A stretch of 64,000 bases of DNA, taken from the IMG/VR virus record IMGVR_UViG_3300044716_000732, positions 23,023-87,022 of that record, one strand, 5' to 3'. Origin of the DNA: a virus. The notes beneath the pieces were generated by a model. It did no database searches. It was not told the DNA's origin and saw only the letters and a program-made list of their open reading frames with translations. This document shows positions 10,488 through 18,810 of this stretch, piece by piece (the first letter of the stretch is position 1; each line of letters begins with the position of its first letter). The translations under genes and the position numbers were made by a program.

Positions 10488-11132
10488 ATGACCGCACCTT
10501 ACAAAACTGCCAAGCAAGCCGAAGCAATCACTCACTCTCTTTCGTCACCCTCGAAAATGCCTTGTCATGGATATTCAACTCCAGCTTCTCGCTGTATTAC
10601 TGGTGGCAAATTACGCAAGGTGGCAAATTCAATTTGCTCCGTGTGCTATGCCATGAAGGGTCGATATGTTTTTGACAATGTTCTAAACGCAATGGAAAAA
10701 CGATTCCAGTCTCTTTTCAATTCCAAGTGGGAAGACGCAATCGTTTTTCTGATTGGAAAGAAAGAGAAAAGCGGATTTTTTCGCTGGCATGATTCTGGCG
10801 ATTTACAAGGCACTTGGCATTTGCAGAAAATTGTCAATGTTGCCAATCGTTTGCCAATGATCAAATTCTGGCTTCCAACTCGTGAGATTTCAATCGTGAG
10901 CGATTGGGTGAATGCTGGCAATAAGATTCCCGACAATCTCACGATTCGCTTATCCGCTTTCATGCTGGATGGCCAGCCTCCGATTGCTGCTGCTAATCGC
11001 CTTGGCTTGTGCGTGAGCGGTGCAAGTGATACAGATTACAATTGTCCTTCGTCCAAGCAAGAGGGAAAATGCGGTGATTGTCGCAATTGCTGGAACAAGG
11101 AAATCTTTCAGGTGAATTACAAAAAGCATTAA
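10488..11132 (+). CDS. GP88-like protein (mycobacteriophage gp88 family), early paralog
   Basis: SKMPC...CSVCYAMKG, FRWHDSGDL, FWLPTRE, C-terminal CPS..CGDCRNCW. Confidence 0.8.
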   Translation: MTAPYKTAKQAEAITHSLSSPSKMPCHGYSTPASRCITGGKLRKVANSICSVCYAMKGRYVFDNVLNAMEKRFQSLFNSKWEDAIVFLIGKKEKSGFFRWHDSGDLQGTWHLQKIVNVANRLPMIKFWLPTREISIVSDWVNAGNKIPDNLTIRLSAFMLDGQPPIAAANRLGLCVSGASDTDYNCPSSKQEGKCGDCRNCWNKEIFQVNYKKH

Positions 11133-11146
11133 GTGGTGACATAGGC

Positions 11147-11178
11147 AGAAGCGGACATCCAAAAGGGTGTCCGCTTTC
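11147..11178 (+). terminator. Terminator
   Basis: GCGGACATCC-AAAA-GGGTGTCCGC followed by TTTCT. Confidence 0.7.
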
Positions 11179-11938
11179 TGCTGTCAAGAATTATTTGTAT
11201 TGTCATACAAAACCAACCCCCTGTTTCCACAGCACTCCCTGTTTCCCTGCAACATCGTGTTGCAATGACACACGCACAGGCGCACACGCTCGCATTACAC
11301 GCACAGGAGAAGGCGTGTGCTCATGTGTAGGCGTGTTTTGTATGACAGGAGAAATAGTTAAAATAGTTCTTGCGATTAGATTCTCCTGTGGTATCTTGAT
11401 TGCCTTATGACCACACTACAAGCACCACACCACACAGTCCTATTCAACATCGCTGGCTTGACTCTTATCAAGATGACCATCGAAGACCTCGACGAAGTCT
11501 ACTCGGTTATCGAATGCACCATGAACGGCGATGGACTCTACGAGGGAGCTAACAAGGAGACGATTCTTGAGGCTTACTACGATCAGGAATTGGCTGAAGT
11601 CTACGGACTGAACTGGGTCAACCTCATCTCTGGCATCATGCAAGAGACAGGCATGATTGAGAAGTATATCAAAAGCTAACATCAACCAGAGGGAGGGAGT
11701 CGAAAGACTCCCTCCTTTCTTTTGTCATACGAAACTTGTATTGTCATACAAAACCCAATCCCTGTTTCCATGCCACTCCCTGTTTCCCTGCCATATCGTG
11801 TATGGATTCAGCACCAATTGTCTGACATTCTTTTTTAAAGTTTTTGTTGCCATGTTCGGCGTTTGTGTTATTCTGTTTGCAGATCGAAGGCAATCACGCC
11901 GACGACAAAAAAAATCCACTACCACTACTACTACTACT

Positions 11939-12166
11939 ATGGCTCGACCACTCAAAACCAAATCACCACTCGGCGCAATGAACTCGGTGCGCTTCGCATT
12001 GTCCCTCGACTCAATGCTTTGCAAAGATTCAGAGGCTCGCGGCATCAGCAAGAGCGACATCATTCGGGCAGCTCTCGAAGCGTATTATGCTCCTGCTGTG
12101 AAGGTTGCGCAAGTGACCGTACCAGCTAAGGCAAAGGCTAAAGCCAAGGCAAAGGCAAAAGCTTAA
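11939..12166 (+). CDS. Ribbon-helix-helix (CopG/Arc/MetJ-type) DNA-binding protein with a Lys/Ala tail
   Basis: Beta-strand NSVRF, helix, G-I-S-K-S-D-I-I-R-A-A-L pattern typical of RHH; tail PAKAKAKAKAKA; promoter TTGCCA(11847)-16-TATTCT. Confidence 0.8.
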   Translation: MARPLKTKSPLGAMNSVRFALSLDSMLCKDSEARGISKSDIIRAALEAYYAPAVKVAQVTVPAKAKAKAKAKAKA

Positions 12167-12182
12167 CAGCCAAGGGTTTACG

Positions 12183-12214
12183 AAGACCACCTCGAAAGAG
12201 GTGGTCTTTTTTTT
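12183..12214 (+). terminator. Terminator
   Basis: AAGACCACCTC-GAAA-GAGGTGGTCTT plus T-tract. Confidence 0.85.
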
Positions 12215-12342
12215 ATTGGCATGGAATTTGATCCAAGCAGTTTTTGTGCCAAGTGTCCAGAAAAAAAGTTTTATTTTAAGACCCACCCTGCGAAAATTGT
12301 CTGACAAAAAAAGACTTGACAGAAAAAAGTTTCTGGGCAATG

Positions 12343-12425
12343 CCCCCCCTACCTATATATGGGGGGGTACTCCCTATATATAGGGGGTAAGCCATATAAG
12401 GGGGTACTCTGTATATACAGGGTAC
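12343..12425. repeat. Tandem palindromic C-run/TATATA/G-run units at the compositional boundary
   Basis: CCCCCCC-TACCTATATAT-GGGGGGG, TACTCCCTATATATAGGGGGTA, CCATATAAGGGGGTAC, GTACTCTGTATATACAGGGTAC. Confidence 0.85.
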
Positions 12426-13030
12426 TACTCTTCCAATAGATTGGGTTTTGTAAAAATATTTTTAAACTCTATAGATTTTTTAAGATGAGAAATCATTTCA
12501 TTCTTTGAAAGATTCTCCCACCACCATAGAGGTTGCAAGTTTGTGTAGTGAAAACATTCCTCTTGTTGTTTGGGATCTGATAGATCAAAAGCTATGCAAG
12601 GTTTGATGTGGTCCAAATGCCAACCATATTGACCATAATTCATCCACACCATTCCTTGTTTAAATCTACTTTCCATATAATCCATAAAGTATTCTATAGA
12701 ACATCCTAATAATTCTAAATACTTTTCACTTTTTTTCGCTTTTTGAGCTTTTAATGCCAGAACGTATCTCCCATTAAGATTACGCATCATTTGATATTTT
12801 ATACCTGTGCCTTTACCATATTTTCTTTTATTTTTGTAACCTGTCTTTTTTCTCCATTTTTTACATATTTGAGAATGTTTTTTTTTATCTTCCAATGTTC
12901 TATTTTGTTGTATTCTTTTGGAAATGTTTCTGGCATTTTGTTTTTGACATTCTTTGCCACAAAGTTTTGATTTCCAGACACCCAAGAATTCTTTATTACA
13001 TATAATACAATTTTTACTATAAGTCTTCAT
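12425..13030 (-). CDS. HNH homing endonuclease with N-terminal Zn-finger
   Basis: CIICNKEF...CGKEC; WHLDHIKPCIAFDL...CFHYTNLQPLW. Confidence 0.85.
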   Translation of the reverse strand: MKTYSKNCIICNKEFLGVWKSKLCGKECQKQNARNISKRIQQNRTLEDKKKHSQICKKWRKKTGYKNKRKYGKGTGIKYQMMRNLNGRYVLALKAQKAKKSEKYLELLGCSIEYFMDYMESRFKQGMVWMNYGQYGWHLDHIKPCIAFDLSDPKQQEECFHYTNLQPLWWWENLSKNEMISHLKKSIEFKNIFTKPNLLEE

Positions 13031-13053
13031 ATCTCTATATACCCCCCCCTTCC

Positions 13054-13554
13054 TTAAACTTCTCTCTTGTTTTCCAAAAGTATTTTAAAATCTATTAGAT
13101 CTTTAATTTTTGTATTATATGTATCTTCCTTAAATGTCATCATGTTTGATGTATCCGTATAACCTTTTTTATATAGTGTGGCATTTTCGAAAAACTTTTT
13201 CTTATTGATTATTCCGCATATCCATCCTGTTTCCAAATTATCCAATATTCTTACAAAAACATAAAAGTCACACTTTTGTCTTGTATTATATGCCGCAACC
13301 GAGCATTCATAATAATCTTTTGGTTTACTGGTACATTTTTTAGATTTTACATCAATTTTTACATTTCCCTTTACTAAATCATAATCATAGGTATTTTCTA
13401 TTTTTGCCTTTAAAAAATCGGCAACCATAATTTCTCCCAAGAATCCTATAATATTCCCCTGCCCTTTCATGAAGGAATGTTTTAATACTCCCAATTCTTT
13501 GGATTTTTTCTCTGCTTCTTTAATCCATTCCTTTTCTATTCTAACTTCTACCAT
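13054..13554 (-). CDS. PD-(D/E)XK restriction-endonuclease-like protein
   Basis: GFLGEIMV...DYDL...KIDVKSK...CDFYVF. Confidence 0.65.
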   Translation of the reverse strand: MVEVRIEKEWIKEAEKKSKELGVLKHSFMKGQGNIIGFLGEIMVADFLKAKIENTYDYDLVKGNVKIDVKSKKCTSKPKDYYECSVAAYNTRQKCDFYVFVRILDNLETGWICGIINKKKFFENATLYKKGYTDTSNMMTFKEDTYNTKIKDLIDFKILLENKREV

Positions 13555-13598
13555 TTACATATGGTAAAAGAAAATAATAAAAAAATCAAATATTATTT

Positions 13599-13946
13599 TT
13601 AAATATTTGGGTTTCTCAAAAGATCAAAAAGTTGTAGAATAAGATTATCCTTTAATACCCAATTCTCTTCGTTTTCTTCTCCCTTTTGATTTAGATGGTT
13701 TAATAGTTCTCTGGCATCATTCTCTGATAAGCCCTGTAATAAATCTCCCTGTTCTACCGAAGGATTTGGTCTTCCTAATCCTATTTCCAATTGTGAAAAC
13801 TTATTATTTGATGTTTCTTCTGATTCTACGGAATTGTCTTCCAAACCTAGTTGATCATTTTCACCAGATGCAACATATTCGGATTGGTTTTCTTTTAAAA
13901 TATTGGAATATGCTTCTACAAGCATCAAGGTATCTTTGTTCTTCAT
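13599..13946 (-). CDS. Acidic late protein with KDxxLxEAY leader
   Basis: MKNKDTLMLVEAYSNILKE; TAAATA immediately upstream. Confidence 0.75.
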   Translation of the reverse strand: MKNKDTLMLVEAYSNILKENQSEYVASGENDQLGLEDNSVESEETSNNKFSQLEIGLGRPNPSVEQGDLLQGLSENDARELLNHLNQKGEENEENWVLKDNLILQLFDLLRNPNI

Positions 13947-13959
13947 TTTATATATTTAT

Positions 13960-14085
13960 CTAAACAATAAACCAATCTGGAGTATTTCCCATCTTCCATT
14001 TGGAAAATTCCTTTTTGTCCTTGATATAATAGGTTCGATATGCCTTGACCGGATCAGCGTCTTTGTATTCTTCTGGCATTGCTTG
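13960..14085 (-). pseudogene. Stranded former 3' end of the DenV-like gene
   Basis: Translates QAMPEEYKDADPVKAYRTYYIKDKKEFSKWKMGNTPDWFIV*, homologous to CAMPDQYKSKNIVESYRTYYIKEKSNFAKWEKGRPTPSWFI in 14625-15173. Confidence 0.85.
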
Positions 14086-14101
14086 TGAGGTAAATATTAT
14101 T

Positions 14102-14686
14102 ATGAATAATAAAAGACAATGTACTATATGTCAAAATATATTTCCAGCAACTACTGAATATTTTCATAAATCTAATACCTCCAAATGCGGACTTCATAGT
14201 AGATGTAAATCATGTAAGAAATTATTAGAAACGGAAAGAAGAAAGAAAAATCCAGAAAAAGCATTATTGAAAGACAAATTTTTTAGAGAAAAATATAAAG
14301 ACAAAAGAGTATCTTATATAAAAGATTACGCTCAAAAAAATAAAAAAAGATTAAACGAAAAAAGAAAAAAAAGATACCATAATGATCCAAAATATAAAAT
14401 GAAACAAATATTGAGAGGTAGATTTTATGGCGTTATTATTAAAAAATACCAATCTTCTATGGAATTTGGATGTTCTATTGAAGAGTTATGTTTATACATA
14501 GAATCAAAATTTTCAAATGGAATGTCGTGGGAAAACCATGGAGAATGGCATATAGACCATATCAAACCCTGTTGTGCTTTTGATCTTACTGATCCAGAAC
14601 AACAAAGAGAGTGTTTTCATTATTCTAATCTTCAACCATTGTGGGCTGTTGATAATTTGAAGAAAAACGGTAAATACCCTCAATAA
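14102..14686 (+). CDS. HNH homing endonuclease
   Basis: CTICQ...CKSC; WHIDHIKPCCAFDL...CFHYSNLQPLW; TAAATA at 14091. Confidence 0.85.
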   Translation: MNNKRQCTICQNIFPATTEYFHKSNTSKCGLHSRCKSCKKLLETERRKKNPEKALLKDKFFREKYKDKRVSYIKDYAQKNKKRLNEKRKKRYHNDPKYKMKQILRGRFYGVIIKKYQSSMEFGCSIEELCLYIESKFSNGMSWENHGEWHIDHIKPCCAFDLTDPEQQRECFHYSNLQPLWAVDNLKKNGKYPQ

Positions 14687-15173
14687 ACCAAGATGGTGTG
14701 GGTCGTCCTTTTTCCCATTTTGCAAAATTTGATTTTTCTTTAATATAATAAGTTCTATATGACTCTACTATATTTTTTGATTTATATTGATCAGGCATAG
14801 CACAAGGTTGATCTGTAAACTTCCCATCTGGAATAAGATAATCCATATTACATAATTTTTCAATTCCCTTCTGACATGAATGAATTTTACAATACCTTCT
14901 TGTGTATTCATTACAAAGCTCAAGAGCATGAATAGACGCCCAATTAAAATTTTCTCTTGAATCTCCACACCATCTTGTACATGGATGATTGTGATATCCC
15001 CCTTTTAGTGGTGTTCCTTTTGCTGTTAATGGCATCATATCACTTGTTGCCCCATGTCTAATTACAGCACTTCCAAGTTGTTGAAAAAGTTCAACTACCA
15101 TTTTTGAAGAATGTTTATCACAATGATATTGAGCAGCTTTGATTGGGCAGTTATCAAGAATAAAAATATTCAT
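14625..15173 (-). CDS. Pyrimidine-dimer DNA glycosylase (DenV/Pyr_excise-like)
   Basis: MNIFILD...AAQYHCDKH..KM..E..Q, HNHPCTRW, LCNEYTRRY..H, AMPD.YK...YRTYY. Confidence 0.8.
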   Translation of the reverse strand: MNIFILDNCPIKAAQYHCDKHSSKMVVELFQQLGSAVIRHGATSDMMPLTAKGTPLKGGYHNHPCTRWCGDSRENFNWASIHALELCNEYTRRYCKIHSCQKGIEKLCNMDYLIPDGKFTDQPCAMPDQYKSKNIVESYRTYYIKEKSNFAKWEKGRPTPSWFIEGIYRFSSNYQQPTMVED

Positions 15174-15225
15174 ATGATGAGATTACATTGAGAAAACTTT
15201 CCAGTCAAGCATAAATATTCTTTAT

Positions 15226-15459
15226 ATGAATTTTGATTACATGGTGGAAAAATATAAAAGAATGTCCGCTGGAATGGACGAGGAAGATATTGCAAAAAAA
15301 GACATGGTTCCGGTTTCAACTATTAAGAAACAAATAAAGATGGGAAAGAAAGTTGAAACAGAACATGGAGTAAACATGAAAAAAGCCAAAAAAATTGCAA
15401 TGGATCATCTTGCAGAAAATCCTAAGTATTATACAAAGTTAAAGAAAGCAAAATTATAA
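15226..15459 (+). CDS. DUF5661-like small protein
   Basis: GKKVETEH...AKKIAMDHLAENPKYYTKL; late promoter TAAATA at 15212. Confidence 0.7.
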   Translation: MNFDYMVEKYKRMSAGMDEEDIAKKDMVPVSTIKKQIKMGKKVETEHGVNMKKAKKIAMDHLAENPKYYTKLKKAKL

Positions 15460-15929
15460 TGAGAAGCAAGGATCAAATATTACTGGAGAATTTATATGAT
15501 TCCATATCAAATGATAAATTCTCTTATCCTTTGATTGTTTTTCACGGAACCGATTTAAATTCCGCAAAAGATATTAAACAAAACGGTTTAGATTTAAGTA
15601 AATGTGATAGAGGATATTTCGGAAAAGCCTTTTATGTTACTACTGATGAACAATTAGCAATGAGTAATTATGCCGATTTTTCTGGAGACGAAGAAGGTGG
15701 TGTTGTTTTAAAATTTGAAATGAATCCGGATAATAGGATATTGGATTTAAGAAATTCTGATGATTGGAATTTTTATACAAATTTAAAATATAAAGGAAGA
15801 GAGATAAGAATTTTTATGGGGTTTGATGAATTTCCATCGATTATGAAATTTCTTGGTGTTGATGCATTATATGATAGATCTAATGATGCTTTTGCAGTTT
15901 ATAATGTAAATATATTAAAAATATTATGA
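15459..15929 (+). CDS. ADP-ribosyltransferase (PARP-like) fold protein with KDQILLE leader
   Basis: VFHGT...IKQNGL....GYFGKAFYVT...A..Y motif of HYx-class ARTs. Confidence 0.7.
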   Translation: MRSKDQILLENLYDSISNDKFSYPLIVFHGTDLNSAKDIKQNGLDLSKCDRGYFGKAFYVTTDEQLAMSNYADFSGDEEGGVVLKFEMNPDNRILDLRNSDDWNFYTNLKYKGREIRIFMGFDEFPSIMKFLGVDALYDRSNDAFAVYNVNILKIL

Positions 15930-16048
15930 AATCATTTGAAAAATTTTTTACAGAAGCATGTTGGAAAAATTACAAACAAGAAGGGATGAAGAAAAAAGGA
16001 AAAAGAATGGTTCCTAATTGTGTTCCAAAAAAGAAAAAGAAAAAATGA
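15926..16048 (+). CDS. 40-aa basic peptide with a capsid-targeting-like leader (absent from the ORF track)
   Basis: MKSFEKFFTE-ACWKNYKQEGMKKKGKRMVPNCVPKKKKKK; ATGA overlaps with both neighbours. Confidence 0.75.
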   Translation: MKSFEKFFTEACWKNYKQEGMKKKGKRMVPNCVPKKKKKK

Positions 16049-16521
16049 TTTGTTTTAAAAAATATTTTCTTCTAGAATCGCCAGAATATATTGATGGTGT
16101 TTATGATAGAACGATGTATGATTTTATATATTTTATAGGAGATTCAGAAGGAGTTTTTTTAGCACCATATAATACTGGAAGAGAATCACATTCATATGTT
16201 TTTAGAGAGCTTAGACAAAGAGGAATTATAAATAAAAATTATAATGTTGTGTACCCAATAGAAAACAATGATGATATTAAAGTTTTGGGAAATCCCAAAA
16301 AAATAGATTTTAATTATTCTGGTGTCATTTTACCAAAACAAGAAGATATCGATTCCACATATATATCGTATTGGACAAAGGAATCTTTTTTAAAATTGAA
16401 TGATATAATTTTACCTTATGTTAAAAAGAATATGCCATCTCCATATGCTATGGAATATGTAAAAAAAGAAATTCAATTAGATGATGGTGGTCCAAAAACA
16501 GAAGTTATAAGAATTAAATAA
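16045..16521 (+). CDS. Hypothetical protein with capsid-targeting-like leader
   Basis: MICFKKYFLLE N-terminus; start coupled to the upstream stop. Confidence 0.7.
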   Translation: MICFKKYFLLESPEYIDGVYDRTMYDFIYFIGDSEGVFLAPYNTGRESHSYVFRELRQRGIINKNYNVVYPIENNDDIKVLGNPKKIDFNYSGVILPKQEDIDSTYISYWTKESFLKLNDIILPYVKKNMPSPYAMEYVKKEIQLDDGGPKTEVIRIK

Positions 16522-16522
16522 T

Positions 16523-17869
16523 ATGAAAACCTTTAAAAAATATTTTCTAGAAGCTATTTCTCTTTCTGTTGCAAAAGAGAAAAATATGACCCGAAAAAAA
16601 AGCGGGGCATATATAAACAAACAGGTAAATGATGTTTTTGGTAATAAGGATAGACTCATATATGATTTTGATTTAGATGTAGAAAAAGACTATTCAAATA
16701 TTAAGACCGATCCAACAAGTACTTTTTATAAAATAAATGAATTATTAGAACAGTATAACTTTTATATTAAAAATATATCCGATTATATAAAAGGAATATG
16801 TTATAAACAAAATGATAAAAATGTATATAACATAGGAAAAATATTAAATAAATTTGGACAAGAGACGGAACTGATTACAAAAAAGGGTGGTAAAATAAAA
16901 ACCACCGAAGAAGTAGAAATGTATAAATCAGATCCAATAAAAAACATAACATCAAACGAAATGGTTGTTGTAGTTTCTCGTCATCCATATGATATATATG
17001 GAGCATCTACTGATAGAAGTTGGACATCTTGTATGAATTTAGAAGGTGGTGAAATGAAGTGTGCATTAAGTGCGGATGTTTCTAAAGGTTCTATTGTATT
17101 ATATTTGGTTCCTAAATCTGAATTAAGAGAAAACGGTAAGATAGCATTGAAAAAACCACTATCTAGAATTTTATTAAGACCAATGGTTAATAAAGAGCAA
17201 GAGTTGGCATATGCAGTTGGACCAAATAAATATGGCGCAAAAATAGAAAAATTTAAAACCTTTGCTACTGATTGGGCTACCGAAAACTTCAATTCAAAAG
17301 TAAAAAATAAAAAAGGATTTGTTTATTTAAAAGGTTTATATACTGGAGATTATTCCGAATATCCAAATTTAGATAGAACCCAAGAAGATTTGTTAAAGGA
17401 TAGAAGATTGGAGTTTTTAGATAAAGCAAGAGAAGTAACGGATAAATTTAAAACGTTTCTAAGAAGAGCAACAATATCAGATAATTTTACAAGTTTATCA
17501 TATAGTGCGCAGGTTAAAAACAATATATTAATTTTTAATTCAACAGTAAACATTAAAATACCAGTCGATGCATTAGGGAATATATTTGAAGATAAATTAT
17601 ATTTCAATAGTATTAATAAAGAACAAATAAGAAAGGAATTGAATAATAAAAATAGCGATATATCAAAATTTTTCAATGCTGTTTCAAATACTTCGGTTTT
17701 AACCGATAAATTAAATGAGATAGATATGACAGCAAATAAATTAATTTTAAGTTATTCTTCCGATAGTGAAAACGATAATGTTCATGATGAATTATTAAGA
17801 GAAATGTTTCCTATAATACAAATATATTATTATTTTTACGAAAGAAACAAACCAAAAACTTCTATATGA
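16523..17869 (+). CDS. Hypothetical protein with capsid-targeting-like leader
   Basis: MKTFKKYFLE; internal SRHPYDIYGAST.RSWTSCM motif. Confidence 0.75.
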   Translation: MKTFKKYFLEAISLSVAKEKNMTRKKSGAYINKQVNDVFGNKDRLIYDFDLDVEKDYSNIKTDPTSTFYKINELLEQYNFYIKNISDYIKGICYKQNDKNVYNIGKILNKFGQETELITKKGGKIKTTEEVEMYKSDPIKNITSNEMVVVVSRHPYDIYGASTDRSWTSCMNLEGGEMKCALSADVSKGSIVLYLVPKSELRENGKIALKKPLSRILLRPMVNKEQELAYAVGPNKYGAKIEKFKTFATDWATENFNSKVKNKKGFVYLKGLYTGDYSEYPNLDRTQEDLLKDRRLEFLDKAREVTDKFKTFLRRATISDNFTSLSYSAQVKNNILIFNSTVNIKIPVDALGNIFEDKLYFNSINKEQIRKELNNKNSDISKFFNAVSNTSVLTDKLNEIDMTANKLILSYSSDSENDNVHDELLREMFPIIQIYYYFYERNKPKTSI

Positions 17870-18522
17870 AATCTTTTAAACAATATATAAAGGAAATGGC
17901 TTATCCTGTAAGTTTTTCTTTTGAAGAATTTAATAACATTAAATCATATAATGGTAAATTGAAATATGCTAATGAAAGATTGCAGAAAATATCTTCCGGT
18001 AGTGCCAGAGTTGTATATAAGGTTGATGAAGAAAAAGTTTTAAAGATAGCCAAGAATAAAAAGGGAATCGGTCAAAATTCAATAGAATCTGATTGGGGAT
18101 TGCAAAGAATGTCTGATATAGTTGCAAAAATATTTGATACAAATGATGATCACTTTTGGGTTGAAATGGAATTGGCTAAAAAATTAACACCAAATAGATT
18201 TAAACAATTAACCGGAATGAGTTTAAATGAAGTTCAAGATATGCTTCGTTTAATGGAAACACTGAATAATAGTTCCAGAAGAAAATATTTAAAACCCGAA
18301 CAATTAAAGGAATTACACGACGAATTTAGTCAGAAAGTAAACGACAATGAATTTTTAACATCACTCACGGATATGATTATGAATTTTGGAATGAAGTATC
18401 CGGGTGACTTCGGGAGGGTAAATTCCTACGGTGAAGTTCTTAGAGAAGGTGTTCCAACAGTAGTATTGGTTGATTTTGGTCTTAGTGAGTCAGTTTGGGA
18501 TGATTTTTATAAAGTAAATTAA
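17866..18522 (+). CDS. Protein-kinase-like fold protein with capsid-targeting-like leader
   Basis: MKSFKQYIKE; SGSARVVY (Gly loop), VLKIAK (Lys), QNSIE, GDFGRVNSYG, VLVDFGL. Confidence 0.75.
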   Translation: MKSFKQYIKEMAYPVSFSFEEFNNIKSYNGKLKYANERLQKISSGSARVVYKVDEEKVLKIAKNKKGIGQNSIESDWGLQRMSDIVAKIFDTNDDHFWVEMELAKKLTPNRFKQLTGMSLNEVQDMLRLMETLNNSSRRKYLKPEQLKELHDEFSQKVNDNEFLTSLTDMIMNFGMKYPGDFGRVNSYGEVLREGVPTVVLVDFGLSESVWDDFYKVN

Positions 18523-18810
18523 CTTATTTTTAAATAAGTATTAATGTGTTTTATGTCTAGTAAAAAACCAAATTGGAACAAAAGATTGAAGTCGGAAGAA
18601 ACCCGAAACCGTAGAAAAAAAGGAGAAGGGTTTATTACAACTTCGTTTTCAATTGAAGAGGTTTTGGATGAATCCGGTGAAGTATTGGATGATACTCTTA
18701 TAAAGTTTTCATTTGGTGGTATATTGATATATTTGAGTGTGGCAAATTCTATGAAATTAAATAAATTATTGACTGACATTTTAAATTTAAAAAGGTAAAT
18801 ATATAAAATC

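Larger units (their letters stand above)
3353..11754. repeat. Dispersed 14-bp box TTGTCATAC(A/G)AAAC, about 27 copies in both orientations, all intergenic
   Basis: Forward copies start at 3353, 4636(partial), 4655, 4674, 4734, 7586, 7668, 8052, 8079, 8139, 9320, 9347, 10310, 11200, 11722, 11741. Reverse copies start at 4708, 5770, 5825, 7695, 8113, 8193, 9387, 9442, 10360, 10415, 11335. Not noticed beyond ~12.3 kb. Confidence 0.95.

Noticed and set aside
3353-11754. 14-bp repeats as a CRISPR array
   Set aside because: Too short, in both orientations, irregularly spaced with whole genes between, and no cas genes
4627-11754. Integron attC cassette array or transposon terminal inverted repeats
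   Set aside because: No RYYYAAC/GTTRRRY-bounded attC hairpins, no integrase or transposase in the window, no target-site duplications seen; each gene has its own promoter, and fixed box-to-promoter phasing fits operators better
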